The notes beneath the pieces are model-generated. The model searched no databases. It worked only from the letters and a program-made list of their open reading frames with translations, and was not told the DNA's origin. Below are positions 11,930-26,960 of a stretch of 64,000 nucleotides of DNA, piece by piece (position 1 is the first letter of the stretch; every line of letters begins with the position of its first letter). Where the stretch lies: the NCBI RefSeq assembly GCF_009914755.1, contig NC_060926.1, one strand, 5' to 3'. The position numbers were made by a program, and so were the translations under genes. The DNA comes from the human T2T-CHM13v2.0 reference genome, Homo sapiens.

Positions 11930-12480
11930 GTTTTTAGCTTCTTATTCTGGAAAAAAAATTGTTTAAACATAGAAATATCTAGAATAGTATAGAAAACTTC
12001 TACAAATTGAACATCATAACTATCATCAAATTGTGGCCATCAACTCTCCATCTATATCCATTCATTTTCTAGTCCTTATATTCTAAGGCAAATATCAGAT
12101 ATCTATGATTAATTTCTAAATATTTCTCTAGGTGTTTCTAAAGGATAAAAACTTTTTATTAAACATAGCTCTAATAATATCCCATCTAAAAGAGTTAACA
12201 ATTTTTTATATCACATGTCTCTGGTTAGTGTCTAAATCTCCTCTATTATGTCAGAGATTTTTATATTGGTTGGTTTTCATCAGAATCCAATAAAGGTGAA
12301 TATATTGCAGTTGGTAGACATATATAAATCTCTTTGACTCTATAGGTTTCTTCTCCTATTTTTGTCCTTGCAATGTTTTTGTTAAACAGTTTTTTTTTCT
12401 ACAGAGCACCCCACATTTTGCATTTTGCCGACCGTATACCTGTATGCTGTGATATGCTCCCCTTCTCCTGCATCACCTGT
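11930..12480 (-). mobile_element. Old L1M 3'-end fragment
   Basis: AT-rich, resembles the reverse of an L1MC/ME 3' UTR (aaacatagaaa...agaatagtatag...). Confidence 0.55.
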
Positions 12481-12624
12481 ATGTATGCAGGTCATGGTAG
12501 TTACCTGGATGTATGTATAGCGGGTCTATCTAGAGGGGCATTTAAAGAACTTGGAGTGGGAGCTTTTTGACATGGATTGAGAGAGGGTGAGGTGAAAAAC
12601 CTGTTTAAAAAAATACTGTGGATG

Positions 12625-12917
12625 GGCTGGGCACCGTGGCTCACACCTGTAATCCCAGCACTTTGGGAGGCTGAGGCGGGCAGATCATGAGGTCAAGAGA
12701 TCGAGACCATCCTGGCTAACACAGTGTAACCCCATCTCTACTAAAAATACAAAAAATTAGCCAGGCATGGTGGCGGGTGCCTGTAGTCCCAGCTACTTGG
12801 GAGGCTGAGGCAGGAGTATGGCATGAACCTGGGAGGTGGAGCTTCAGTGAGCTGAGATCATGCCACTGCACTCCAGCCTGGGTGACAGAGCGAGACTCCG
12901 CCTCAAAAAAAAATAAA
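12625..12917 (+). mobile_element. AluY, full length
   Basis: Y diagnostics gagatcgagaccatcctggctaacac and atggcatgaacctgggaggtggagctt; TSD tactgtggatg/tactttggatg. Confidence 0.95.
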
Positions 12918-14289
12918 TGCTACTTTGGATGTATCAGAATAATACTGTAAAGGATTAACCAAAGGCTTCAGCTTTCAGTACGTCCTGTTCTGTGCCATGC
13001 CCCGTGTTCCCCTCCCACCCACTTCCTGAGTCAGGCAGCAAGGGCATCTATGCTCATGTTGTCTGGTAGGGTTATTACATCAAACATACAGAGAGAAACA
13101 AAAGAGTCAAGTGTCAGCTTTCATGTTTTAGAAGAGACTTTTGATGAAGATGCAGAGTGACCAGTATAGAGAGAACCTTGGGGACCAGCTGGAGGCAGAT
13201 AGCTCAAGCCACACCAGAAGGTCCAGGTGCCAGCAACCAGAGTCCAGCAGTTAAGGAGAAATCTCAATAAACTCTAATGATGACAGATGCTGAGCACTGA
13301 GAACCCAGCACTTTCCTTCTCAGTGCTTTGGTGCTGGAGAACTTACACCAACTCAGAGGAGAAAGGGTGAGAGAGAATCACTAAGCCAGCTGAAAATCCT
13401 TGATTTGCTTGCTTAATATGAAGTACTTAAAATTTAATTTTCTTCTCTTGAGTAAAAGTGGCGCTGCAGGTAGAAAAATAAAGTTATGTTGTTGTGGACA
13501 TCTGAACCCACATAAGGGCTTGTTTGTGTAGCTGTTTATACTTACAGTCTTAAAATGCTATCATAGGAAAATAGCACATTCAAATTAATATTCCCCATCA
13601 TGTCAGTGTCTTGAAACGTTATCCATGTTCTGGAAGTTTCAGCCATCAGAATGAATCTTCTAGAGTGAATCTACTGCTAAACATAGTTCAACTAATTGTG
13701 TCCCTCTTTCTTCTTCATCTCCTCCTCTCACTTCTCTTCTTTGTTTCTCTTCTTTCTGCCCCTTCTCTTGGCACTTTCCTCAAAACATTTGAAAGTTGAA
13801 ATAAGACATGATCCTGTTTTGTTTTTTTTTTTCTTCCTAATCTAAGGTTTCCAGATGGATTAGGCTGGCATTCTGCGTTCCCAGAAATATTTCCAGAGCT
13901 GAGAGGGGCAGGAAAGAGAGCACATGTGCTGTTCCAAGCTGTCTGTTGCCTCTGTGTGGCCATCTGTCATTTTCTTCAGGCACACGATGACCTGCAGGGC
14001 TGGTTCTTGCTTTTGTTACCTTCAAATCCTGAAGGATTCAGACAGACTAACATTCCAATGCCCTTTATAACCTTTCCCCCTGGCAAAACTTCAGCCAGAA
14101 TAAACCAAAAATGAAATGGAGAGAAAGATCACTGCATCTTTCTGGATCCCCAAATTTCCATTCCAGATTTAGGGCTGATGTTCCCAGCTCGTTGTCCCTA
14201 ACCACATCGTTGTCACCCTTGGTTTCCCAGACCACACCAGAGATGCGTAGCATTCCCTTACTCTCTTCTCACCTACAAGAATTTATAAC

Positions 14290-14575
14290 CCCTTCTGAGA
14301 CCCACTCAGATGCCCCATCTTACATAGAGCCTTTCCTGTGCAGTCATCCACCTGACCCCATCGCCCCTGCAACCCCTGCAGTCTTTTGTTTTTCTTATGC
14401 TCTAGTAGCATGTGGTCAGATCAGCATGCCGGCACTTGTGTTGAATTGCAAATACCTATGTATTCCTTTTTGGCATGTAGTTTCCTTGAGAGGAGATGGG
14501 ACCTGAGTCTAATAGTTTGTTTTTCCTAGTTTCTAGTAGGTGGCACCAAATGATTTCTAGAAGGCTGGATGGAAC
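14290..14575 (+). mobile_element. L2 3' fragment
   Basis: gacccactcagatgcc...gagcctttcctg...ccttgagaggagatgggacc. Confidence 0.5.
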
Positions 14576-15492
14576 CTATGGAATCAAAGGGAAATAAAGC
14601 AACATTTTGATGCCCTGGGCTCTACTATGGTAGTGGCCCAAGTGTTTCTACTCTGCTCACCCCTGACATTTATGTGAGCTGTCCATGGATATAAAAAAGC
14701 TGCTATGATTTCAGACCTGAGCTTCACCATCAGGTCCAAATTAATTCCCGACGTCCAGGCAAAAGAGGAACATGGCACTCTGACAACTCACCCCAAACTC
14801 ATTTGTGTAAATATTTTTACTGCACAGTTTTATGTCTCCGAGTTGGTTTCTGACTTCCAATGTCAGCACAGAGCTCTCATGGGAGCCTAGCATTCCCACC
14901 AGGCTTCAGCTGAATATTTATGAATGTTCCATAGTAGATATTTTCTATTGTTCCTGGAAGACTTTTATTATTTAGAGAGCAATTAATCATATTCTGAGGG
15001 AAAATGGAGGAGCCAAGTCACATGGCAAGGGTGATGATGTTTTTTTTAATTCCAAGATGAGCAAAATAATCTCAGCTAAGGCTTTCTCAAAGATTTGCTT
15101 ATTTCCCGTGTCTATCTGCACACATTTCTACGGGCCATGTTTCCATCACAAGCAGCCAGCTTAAAAATAGGGCTTAGGCAAGTCTTCTGCTGTCAGAATT
15201 GCACACCACTCTTTAGGGCCTATGATTTAGGCTGAATGCTGAGGCCTAGAACTACATCTTACATTTACTTTGGTAACGATGGCATTGCTTTTTAAATTAC
15301 TCAACACAAGAATGAGAAATAGTTTTTAGAGGATAATATAAGGAGGGATGAATACTTTGTTGAGTGCTTATTATGTTCTTTAGATATATTATATGATAGA
15401 CATTACCTATAATATATTGTATGTATTGTAAATAATATATGAGAGCATTTTTCCCATTTTACTCTGATACACAGAAAAGAGGTAAGAGATGA

Positions 15493-16015
15493 TGTGTGAG
15501 TTTGTTATTGATAAGTAACTCATCATTTCAAAATCCAGTTGCTTAAAACACTGAGCATTTGTTATTGTCCCTGAGTTGAGTGGTGACCTGGGCAGTTCTA
15601 ATCTCAGCAGAGATAACTCAGCCACCTGTGACCAGCTCGGGGTGGGCTGGGAACCTGGTTCTGCTGATTGAGGCTGGGCGCTCACTGTGTCTTGAGCTTT
15701 GGCTGGAACAATTGGACTAATTTGGCTCTGTTTCATGCAGTTTCTAATTAGGTTTGGCAGGAATTGTCTTCAGTGCAGCCTGAGCAGAGGTACGAGAAAG
15801 AGCAGAAAAATGCATGGTCTCTTGAGGTCTGGGCTTGAAACTTACATCTTAATTCTGCTGAGTTTTGTGTTGGTGGTGGTCGTGTTTTTGTTTTTGCTTT
15901 TTGCCAAAGGAAATCTCAAGACGGGTACAGAGTTAAAAATGAAGTACATTCTTCCTCTAGCTGGGAGTTCCTGCAAAGACCCATTGCAAAGGTTATGAAT
16001 AACGGAGGTCATGTA
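15493..16015 (-). mobile_element. Old MLT1 LTR
   Basis: caaaatccagttgcttaaaaca...ctgggcagttct...ggtctcttgaggtctgggcttgaaac...tgcaaagacccattgcaaagg. Confidence 0.65.
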
Positions 16016-16579
16016 ATCAAGTACAGATGTGTTTTGAGAAATAGTGCTGGGTGCTAAAAAAAAAAAAAAAAAAAGAAAGAAATAGAAAGAGGGCCTTCAA
16101 TATCAATAGAGAAAGGTCACAAAAGACATTGCATTATAGTAGCAGGGACATTACAGCCCCAAGGTAAAATAAATTGATAATAGACAGTGAAGGAAGAGAG
16201 CCAGATAAAGTTTGCTCACCACTGATACTGGAGCAGGATGGACCAGAGGAAAGAAAGCAGAGACGTTTATCCAGCTTCTCTGAGTCCCTGATAATGTGGA
16301 AGCAGAGTCTCTCCCCTGCCCAGGGAACTGGCTGATTGATCCTTAATCAGCTCAAATATTGAACTTCTGGTTCCTCTGCATGTTGGGATGCTCACATTAC
16401 AAATTTGATAGTTTCCAGTGAGCACCAGTGAACCCATCAATCCTCTCCTTTCTCTAGAAACTCTTCTTTTGCTGGAACAAAACATACAGTAAGAAGACAA
16501 AACAATAAAAATTTATTAGAAATATTTTTGACCTGAGTACTGAGGAAAAAAAATGTTTGACAGTTATCCAGAGGCTAAG

Positions 16580-17400
16580 CTTTAGGCAGGTGAGAGGCAT
16601 GATCAACATTGCAGCTGGGGAGGAGGACACCTAGTCTGAATGCTAACACTGGATTAGAGGGCAAAACCTAGATGTGGTGGTAATCCAGGTAAGAAATTAT
16701 GAAGCTCCTAACACAGCCTTGGCAGTTTGTTTGAAGAAAAGGCTCCTAACCACAGTCCTGGCAGTTTGTTTGAAGAAAAGAGGACATATTTAAGAGATGC
16801 TTACAGAATAGACTTTGGAAGTTGCTTTTGTGTAGAGATTTGGAGTTTACGGGGAGAAATAAGCAGCTCTCTGGATTTTGTCTCCAGACCCTGGATGAAT
16901 GTTCACAGCTTCCAGGGGATGGTTGATACAGGAGGAAGAGTTAGATGGGGGTGATTATGGGTTTAGTTTACAGACAGGTCGAGCTTGATTTGCACACTTG
17001 GAACTCAGTGGAAATGTCCAAAGATCAGGTAAATATAAGAGAACAAAGCTTAGGAAAGTAATTAGGGTGGGACCTTAATTTTAGAGCCGTTGTGCTAAAG
17101 ATGAACAGAAATAAGGATATGGGAGTCAAAGGGGTGTTTGAGAGAGAGAGTTATACCAAAGGAGAAGAGGCTCAAGGCAGCTGACCAACATTAAAGGATG
17201 GGCAAAAAAAGAGCAGCCACAGAAGGTACACTCAGAAGTGGCCCAAGCAGTGGAGGGAAAAAATGGGAGTAGAGAGCAAAACGTTGCAAAAAGGAAGAAA
17301 TGTTCTAACGTCTAATGCTCCAGATAATTCAAGATCTTTCTGAAAGTACCCACTACCAGTGGCAATAAGGAGATCGTTAGTGGTGTTGACAAATTATGCT
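16580..17400 (-). mobile_element. L2 LINE fragment (continues ~17810-18200)
   Basis: ggcatgatc...taatccaggtaagaaattatg...gtggaaatgtcca...ggcaataaggagatcgttagtg. Confidence 0.65.
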
Positions 17401-17410
17401 TCATAAAATA

Positions 17411-17805
17411 TGCCTTAGTCCATTTTCTGTTGCTATAATAGAATACCACATAGTGGGTAATTTATTAAGAAAAGTTTATTTAGCTTATGGTTCTGGGGGC
17501 TGGGAAGTCCAAGAGCGTGGCACCAGCATCTGTTGAGGGTACCCATGGTGGAAAGTGGAAGGCAGAAGTGAAATGTGAGTACATGAGACAGAGAGACACC
17601 ACAGGGGCTGGACTGGCTTTATAAACAAACCAGGCTTGTGATAACTAACCTGCTTCCACAATAACAATATTAATTAGTTTATGAGGGTTTTGCCCTCATA
17701 ACCTAAGCACCTCTAATTAGGCCCCACATCTCAACACTGTTGCATTGCATTGTGGATTAGGTTTCCTGTGCATGAACTTTTGGAAGACACATTAAAATCA
17801 TAGCA
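17411..17805 (-). mobile_element. MST (MSTC/D-like) MaLR solo LTR inserted in L2
   Basis: tgccttagtccatttt...ggctgggaagtccaaga...ccccacatctcaacactgttgcatt...aaatcatagca. Confidence 0.85.
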
Positions 17806-18619
17806 GATGAGAAAGGAGAAAACAAGAGTCTAGGAGGCAGGATTTGCCAAACATGCTTTGAAGATGTTTGAATGATGAAATGGAGAAAAAGCACTACCAA
17901 AGAGGAAAACTTATTTTTAAAAAAATAAGGTGAAAGAGATTTAAGAGCATTTAAATGCTGATAATAAGGAACCAAGAATAAGCAGGGGATATCTTGGAGT
18001 GAGGGGGCTTCAGGAAGAGGAGAACTCTTCTATTGTGACTCCAGGGGGAGGCTAACCCAAGGAGGGACAGGTGAACTAGTAGGCAGTGCCAAAGGAAAGT
18101 TAAGGAGTTTCTGTCTCAAGGCTTTCAGAACCTCACTGAAGTAAAGGGAAGAGTTCTGTGGTTTCAGTCATGGAGGGAAATGAACAATGAGCACGGACCA
18201 ACACAGGCTGTAGATTAAGGAAGATTCTGGTAATGACTTTGATAGACTTTCAGGAGGATGGGAAAAGGGGAGACTGAAGTTGTCCAGAGGTAGGGAAGGA
18301 TAAAAGGTGGTATTTGAGCTTCGCCTTGACACATGAATAAACAGATCTCAGCTTTCTATAAATTGTAATTGAGGATGAAAGGAATATTCACATGGATCCC
18401 AGAAAGTTCTAAGCAGCCCTGAAGACAGACCTGGAGGTGGCCAGGTAGGCAGAACCCCTTCAAGTCACTTGCATCAGATTAAATCACCAAGCCCTGAGAA
18501 CTCGGGGCAGTAGTAGATCTTTTCTGGCCATCATAGATAAATAAAACTTTCTGTGACAATCTACATTCTGAGACAGCTCTGTGATAAAGTGAGCCTACAA
18601 TAATAGTGCAGTGATAATT

Positions 18620-18740
18620 CTAGCTAATGTTTATAGGTTGTCTGCTATGTGCTAGGTACCACTCTGAGCATTTTCCACGTGTTGACTTATGTAATTCTTA
18701 AAACATTCTGATGATGTAGGTACAATTATTCTTCTTAAAA
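18620..18740 (-). mobile_element. MIR fragment
   Basis: tagctaatgtttatagg...ctatgtgctaggtacc...ctgagcattt. Confidence 0.6.
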
Positions 18741-19620
18741 CTGTTCTTTAGTTTATATTTCTTTTGTCCAAAAAGGATTTAGATCAACACTGGAATCTCT
18801 TGGTTCCAAATCCAAATTCCTGGAGAAAAACTCTGATTCCTGGAACAAACTATCAAATGCCTTCCTCTGGCCCCATCAACTGAAGTCAGGGCCTGGAGCT
18901 ATTATAAAATGACTGCTTCCATATTGACCATGGCGGATAGGGAGATTTTAGAGAGGCAGGTTCCTCAAAAGTGGGATGGGGTTGACAAAGATTCTTTCCT
19001 TGGCCAAACTTTTGTGGAAAAAGGATGCTGGAAAAGAAATATTATCTTTTGCTGCCAAAACTGGCTGAGATTGGATAGATTCTTTTATAAAGTTTTACTA
19101 AAATTAGGTTTAGTATTAATTGTACACTAGTGTGGAACTAGAATTTGGTCTTTTCCATTAAAATTATATGAAAATGCATGTCACAGAAATAGCCAAATAT
19201 CTTTGGCAATTGCATAATTATCATAATGAACTCTCTTCATATTTTTAAGCATGGCCATATGGCCATTTTAAGTCTTTTGTTATTTATGGACAGTTATTAT
19301 TTTACTTTGGTTCTTCTCTGAAAGCATTTGAAATCAGCTACAGTCCAAACTTGCTTCTTCTTCAAAGATATTCATGGAAAAGACTACGAAAGTTACTTTA
19401 AAAATACAGGCTTCTGCTGAAAACTTTAAGATCACACCAGCGGACTGGGTAAGAATTTGCAGAACTCTAACAAAGAAACCGATGGCTTCATGAAAGTTCT
19501 ATCCCAAGCTCAAGAATAACAAGAATTACACGGGACTGAATGAACTGATGAGGACAATATTTTAGTGACTTTTTGTTTGAAACATTGCTGGTTCTTTAAT
19601 GTTTTGTTTTCCAAATTTAA

Positions 19621-19943
<323 letters not shown>

Positions 19944-21273
19944 AAGTTTTTCTCTTTTATCTTAAGCTATCTATAGCTTAGAACAATTTGGTAATGTATT
20001 TCTTTGTGAATAAAGAAGAAATAATTACTTTTGCCTCCTACCCGATCCCTCTGGAATTAGAAAACTATTAGTAAACATTTTTATTTTATGATAATGTAGT
20101 TATTTGCATATGTGCAGTAAGAATATGTTTTCCTTGTAACAGTACACAATTGAAAACACTGGATATATTATGAAGGCCTTAACTGGAATGTTGTATCTTC
20201 AGATATGACGACTTTAAGAAACTAAGGTTGACTTTATGGAGTCAATAAAGCCTCTTGGAAAAAAATTATCGCCATGGTGTGTTGCATACTTGGTTCACTT
20301 ACATAGTTTTCTTCCGGGTGAATAAAGAGTGTCACTTCCTGGCAGGCCTAGGAACCCCAGGATATTTTGGAGACCTATAAAAGGGATATTCACTCAAATC
20401 CCTAAGTATTTCAGAAACAGCCTGAGAGCAAGTCCTTGGCTTCACTTTCTAGTTTTAAAAGGCTTTTAACTGTTTAGTCTGAGATTCCCCTAAAAGTTCC
20501 AGGAAAGCAAACTCAAAAAGAGCCTAGGTGGTCAATCATTATTTTTGCTGCGTTTATATAAATAATCAGGCCAAGTTAATGAGACTAAACTTATTTTGCA
20601 AGCAAATCAGTCTTTGCTTATTTTTGGTAGGAATGGGGGTAAATGGAGAGAGAGAAATTATGTTTCAGAAGAAAACTATAGCACACCTCTTATTGAATTT
20701 TAGCCTTGCTCATTGTTTTTGTGGTTTTCTGATTTGTCTACACACTGGACTGGATCCTGAATTCTCCAAGCTTCCTCCAAAATCTGGCAACCACACTCCA
20801 GACTAATATTTCCAATTTTCTCCAACCCTTCTGACTTGGAGTCATTAAAATTAAAACTGCTCCTTTCCTGGAGCCCCAAAAGCTGAAGCTGGAGGACTTG
20901 ATACAGACATCAGAGAGATCACCACAATAGCTCAGGGGTAGACAACCTTCGTGGTGTTAAAACTGAAAACCAGGAAGGTCTATCAACTTGCCACTGCCTG
21001 CTCCCACACCACTTGAAGAGGCTTCAAGCTCAGTGTTTAGAAATCTTTTTGATTGGCTGCCGTCTGGGCTCAGAAACTGAGTTTCCGACTATTAAAAAAA
21101 TCCCCTCATTAAATGCCTGACTGCTTGCACCATCCAGTATGTTGGAACTATCAAGTCCCAACAGGTGACTCAGTGGGTTCTTAGTGAACAAAAGGTGACC
21201 ACATGAGAAAATGGAGTTACAGCGTTCAAAAGAAAGAAGAATGTCTCTCCTTTCCTTGAACAAGAGGAAGGAC

Positions 21274-21771
21274 TAACAAAAACTCCTTGCTTGGCCAAAC
21301 TGTAGCCAGTCACCTGAAGCTTCTCCTATGTCTACCTGTGTACTTCCTTGTAAAGTCCATTTTGGGCTAAGAACGCTGCTAAGTCAGTTTATCAAGAACT
21401 CCCCCACCCTTGATATCTGACTCAGTATTTTCAATATATGACCAAGTTTCTCATTGTCCATCATCCCCAGGTGATGTCTGATCACATGGCCTGTTTTCAG
21501 CAAGAATCCTGTTAGATTTCTGTAGCCAGAATCCCTGCACCCTCACCCCGATATCTCCTCTTAGTAATTTTCTATCTAGTGGTCCCCACCCTGCTCCTTG
21601 GATATAAATTCCCACTTACCAGTGCTGTGCTCCGAGTTGGGCTCAATCTCTCTTCCCTGTTGCAAAATCCCTTTGCAGTGGTCCCTCTATTGTGATGTGA
21701 TTTACACAAGTATCATTGAGTAAGCTTTTCTGTGCTTTAACAAGTATCAGTGAGTAAGGTTTTCTTTAACA
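21274..21771 (+). mobile_element. MER31 3' LTR
   Basis: taacaaaaactccttgcttggccaaact...cagcaagaatcctgttag...ggatataaattcccac...tttctttaaca. Confidence 0.8.
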
Positions 21772-22469
21772 GGGTGATGCCATCTTAGAGAAATGCATTC
21801 TCCATAATACTGAATCTGAGTGTCATCTGTAAGAGGTGGGTTGTTTATAACACATTTTAAAGATAAGATTAATACAGAGTAATTCATTTGGGTAGTGGCA
21901 CCGTGAAACTTTATAGTGAAAATGGTGGTAGGATCTAATGATTGGCTTTTGGGCATTATAGAAGAAAGAAGAATCAAGAGTGGGTTGAGCTTCAGATCCC
22001 TCTGGCCGAGAGGATGGTGCTGCTAACAGAAACAATAAGCAGAAGAAGCAGAAAGAGAGGGTGATAGCAGTGATTTTGAGCATTGATATGTTCATCCAGG
22101 TTGAGGACATCAGAGGAGAGGAAGAGCATTTCAAAATGTCAGACTGCACTGGCGAATCCGAGTCAGACAAAAGCCAGGCTGAAGATGCCAGCCCAAGGGC
22201 TGGGGGTTTTGCTGAGCATAACGGAAGCAGCTGGGTATGAGTGAGGAAACAGAAGTAGAACAATGAGAGATGGCAGATAGAGACGGGGACTGAGATTTCA
22301 AGTTCTAAGAGAGAATGATCTTGGAGGATGCCATCAAAGCAAAGTCACAGATAATGTGGAGATGGCCATTACGAGTCTAGGACCCAAGGGGCTTGCATAG
22401 ACCTGAGTATCATTGTCCCATATGCTGAAGTCACCACACACACACCTAAGTAGAGGCTGCCTGGCACCT

Positions 22470-22670
22470 CCTGGGTTCCAGCCTCCGAGGTGAGTGTGTT
22501 TTCACAGATTATTACAGTGCCTTATCTTCACAGCAATCCTGAAAGGTAGCTTTTGTCTGTGTTTCACAGCTGAGGAACCTGGAAACTGAGAAAGTAACTT
22601 GCCCTAAGTCAATAGTAGCCCAGCAAGGAAGCCAATCAGCGCAGTCAGCCTCCAAAGCCTGTGATTTCAC
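22470..22670 (-). mobile_element. MIR
   Basis: cttcacagcaatcctgaaaggtag...ggaaactgagaaagtaacttgccctaagtc. Confidence 0.65.
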
Positions 22671-23711
22671 ATGGGGCTTGTCCAGATGCACCTGGTAGGT
22701 GTTGAGTTGGGGATAGCTGTGTGGGAGGCTAACTCAGCACATCAAATGTAGAGGCTCTGGCCACCCTCCCATTGCCTCCCACTGTCTCCTGCATGACCAG
22801 GAGGACCGTGCCACAGCCTCCAGTGCTGGCTGGGACTGGCTGTTTCATCTATGTGGCCAACAGATTTCTCTCTTAATTTTTAGCAACAAATTAATCCTAT
22901 TTTGAGAACAAGCTTGAGCACCAGAGGGCTATCTGGTTGGAAGTTTTTCTGCCAGGCATTATTTTTCTCATAACATCATTCCAGCATTGCCTATTTTCCC
23001 TTCTGAGTGGCTTCAATACCTTCATTTCCTTCACATTCTGTCTTTCCATCCCCTGTCTCTTTGTTGTTGTTGATTTCTGTATCACTTGCTCCCTCTCATT
23101 CATATTCCCATCTTTCCCACTCCTTCTCTTTCATCTTCTCTCTGCCTCTTTTGTTCTTATTCGGGCAGCTTAAAATACAACACTTTTTAATGAATCTTAT
23201 CCATTTGTAAATAAACACAAGGTAATCACTTATGTTTTATTCCCTCCCAAATTTTGGAGAGTTGAGCACAGGTAATTTGAGTTCAGGGAGATGAGAACTC
23301 AGGCTCAGGCCTATATTAGAGAAGCTTGTGTAAAAAGCCCTCAATAAGGTGGTAAAGACACAAGTTCTAACTAGAAGTATCTTAACACCCTAGAGATTAA
23401 CTTGGTGAAATAGTTAAAAAGTTTGTTTATAATGACAAGGAACAGCTTAACTTTCAATGTGTTGTCAACAGCTCTCCTGCTTGAACTTTTCAAGGTTTTG
23501 AGCTGTCTTTTTGCGTGCATGGAAGTGCTAACACGAAGACACAATTATCTCTCAATCTAAATGTGGCACATGGATGAGAAGGTTCACAGTGTCTTCCAAC
23601 TATCAGGGATGTCCCAATATTAACCAGACTGAACTTTGAGACTGTAGGAGACTTCTAGAAAAATAAAACTCCAAAGGCCACATTCAGCAGAATTAGTAAA
23701 ATGGAGCTTTT

Positions 23712-23947
23712 CTTCTCTCTCTCTCTCTCTTTATTTTTTAATCTTTTTGAGACAGGGTTTGACTCTGTTACCCAGTCTATAGTACAGTGGTGCTATCACA
23801 GCTTACTGTAGGTTTGACCTCTCTGGACCCAGGTAATCCTCCCATCTCAGCCTCCCGAGTAGTTGTGACTACAGGCTTGTGCCACCACACCCAGCCAATT
23901 TTTGTATTTTTTGTAGAGAAGGGGTTTTGCCATGTTGCCCAGTCTGA
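23712..23947 (-). mobile_element. AluJ, 5'-truncated, with (CT)n in its tail
   Basis: Right arm plus part of left arm; perfect 13-bp TSD aaatggagctttt at 23699 and 23949. Confidence 0.9.
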
Positions 23948-24041
23948 GAAATGGAGCTTTTTGTATAAAGAACAGCATGAGGTCAAAGGAAAACACTGTG
24001 ACTGCTTTGAAGAGGCTAGCTTTCTACTACTAGTATGAGCC

Positions 24042-24986
<945 letters not shown>

Positions 24987-24989
24987 TAG

Positions 24990-25210
24990 GGCAAAAACAT
25001 TGTAGTCAGACAGTGTAATTTCACATCACAGCCTCACTACTTCCCAGCCGTGTGACTTGGCCTGATTTATTTACATTTGGCTCAATTTCTCAATTCCAGT
25101 TTCATTGCAGCACCTATGTGATCACATTTGTGTGATGATTACAGGTAAATACCATTGTGGGTAAAGTATAAGAAGGAGGCCTGGCATTTACTAATTACAA
25201 GATAAATCTC
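24990..25210 (+). mobile_element. MIR
   Basis: gtcagacag...cagccgtgtgacttgg...ctcaatttcct...cctggcatt. Confidence 0.55.
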
Positions 25211-25257
25211 CTCCCTACACTGTGCTTCTTAAGGTTTGGGATGCTGAATGGATTCCC

Positions 25258-25592
25258 TTCTGGTGATAGTGTTGTATGTCAATGTGGCGAGGCTAGGGTC
25301 TCCAGTCACTCAACAAAACAGTCATCTAGGTGTTGCTCTGTAGCTATTTTGTAGATGTGATTTAACATTTACCACCAGTTTGCTTTAAATGAAGAAGACC
25401 ATCTTTGATATTCTGGGTAGGCTTGGTCCACTTCACTTGAAGGCCTTAAAAGAAGAAAGAGGGGAAGTTCTCCTAAGGAAGAAATTCCTCCTGGAACTCC
25501 AGTGTCTGCTCCTACTCGACAGGCTCCAGCCCACCCTAAGGATTTTGGATTTGCCTAGGCAATCCCCCACGTTGCCTAAGCCAGTTCCTACT
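25258..25592 (+). mobile_element. MLT2 (ERVL) LTR, 3'-truncated
   Basis: gtatgtcaatgtggcgaggcta...tctaggtgttgctctg...ttgaaggccttaa...gaagaaattcc...gattttggatttgcc. Confidence 0.75.
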
Positions 25593-25629
25593 GACTTTTT
25601 TGTCATGTCATTCTGCTCAGTGACAGTAG

Positions 25630-26016
25630 GAAGTAGGATGATAGTAGCTCGATGCTGCTGTAACAAATGCCTAAAAATGGGGAAGTAGCTTTGGCATTGG
25701 GCAATGAGCAGAGGCTGGGTAAATGTTTAGCCACATGCTAGACAAAGCCCAGATTGCCTTGAGCAGAGTGTTGGTAGACTTTGGAAGCTACAGGTGCTAC
25801 TAGTGAGGGCACAGATGATTTTTGCTATAGAATGGCAGAAGGGTTAGCTCAATCACATCCTTCTGTGTGTGGAAAGTAGAACTTGTAAACAATGGACTCA
25901 GATGTTTAACAGAGGAAATTTCAAAGCAAAGTGTGGAAGGTATGGCCTGGTTTCTCTTTGCTGCTTACAGATGAATGGAGGGAAGAACTGTTAAGCAAAG
26001 AGAAGCCAGAGCTTGA
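25630..26016 (+). mobile_element. MaLR internal sequence fragment (MLT1/MST-int 5' part)
   Basis: gctgtaacaaatgcctaaaaatggggaagtagctttgg...gaggaaatttcaaagcaaagtgtggaagg...gcctggtttctc. Confidence 0.75.
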
Positions 26017-26139
26017 TCAAGAACTGCCTGTCAGGCTTGTAGAATCCCACAGGAACCTCAGGAAATGGATGCACTTCTATAAAAGGCCTCCTTCAATTTT
26101 TCTGCCATCTGTCTCTCCTCTTCCTACCCCATTCCATTT

Positions 26140-26960
26140 TTCAGAGCATATTGTTTTATTTTCTCACTTATCCTGCCACAGAATATTACTGATTTATTTA
26201 CCTGTCTCGCCCCAGTTAGTGTCTGTTTGAAGGCAATGGCAACGTCTCCATCACTGAGTCTTAGAGCTTAGTGGTGTCAGGTACAAAGCAAACAATAGAT
26301 ATTTGTGGAATGAGTGAATGAATGCATGAACCAACTTTGGGACATGTGCTCATTGATCAGGATTTTGAAGACATTCTAGAAAATCTAGAAAATCAGAAAG
26401 ACCAGAAAGGCATTTCCTTGACTGGAATCCAAGTGTTTACCTCAAATGGGCTGAGCTGAAGCCAGGGTCATGGGCCAGAATGAACTAGCATCTGATCTGG
26501 AATCTGCAGCCTTACACTCCTCATGGCTTCCTGTCCTTCCTGTCCTTGAACTTCACTCTGTCCCATACATACCATGAGACTCCTTGGAACTCTACACCAC
26601 TTCTCCAGCCTCACCTGTCTATGATCCACCCCATCTACCCTGGCCGTACCGGACAACTTTGAGTTCCCCAAAGAACCCTGTCGCCACTCAGGCCCTTACC
26701 TGGCTTGTTTCCTTTCCTAGGGATCCACCCTGTCTCCATCCCTGGGAAGGTCTACTCCTCCTTCAAGACCCAGCTCATGCAGTAGCCCCTGTGGGAAGCC
26801 TTTCTCAGTCTCCTCCTCACCCCACGTTTGGCTGTTGGGAAACCACTCCGCTTTGTACTTTCTGATGCAGGATTACAAATGTGTCTATCACTCCCCGGAA
26901 TTGAGTATTGGCTCTGGAGGGCAGAAATGATGTGATGTTCATATTTGTATGAAGGCCAAC
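26140..26960 (+). mobile_element. L2 fragments
   Basis: L2 tail aatagatatttgtggaatgagtgaatgaatg; ccttcaagacccagctca...ggaagcctttct. Confidence 0.65.
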
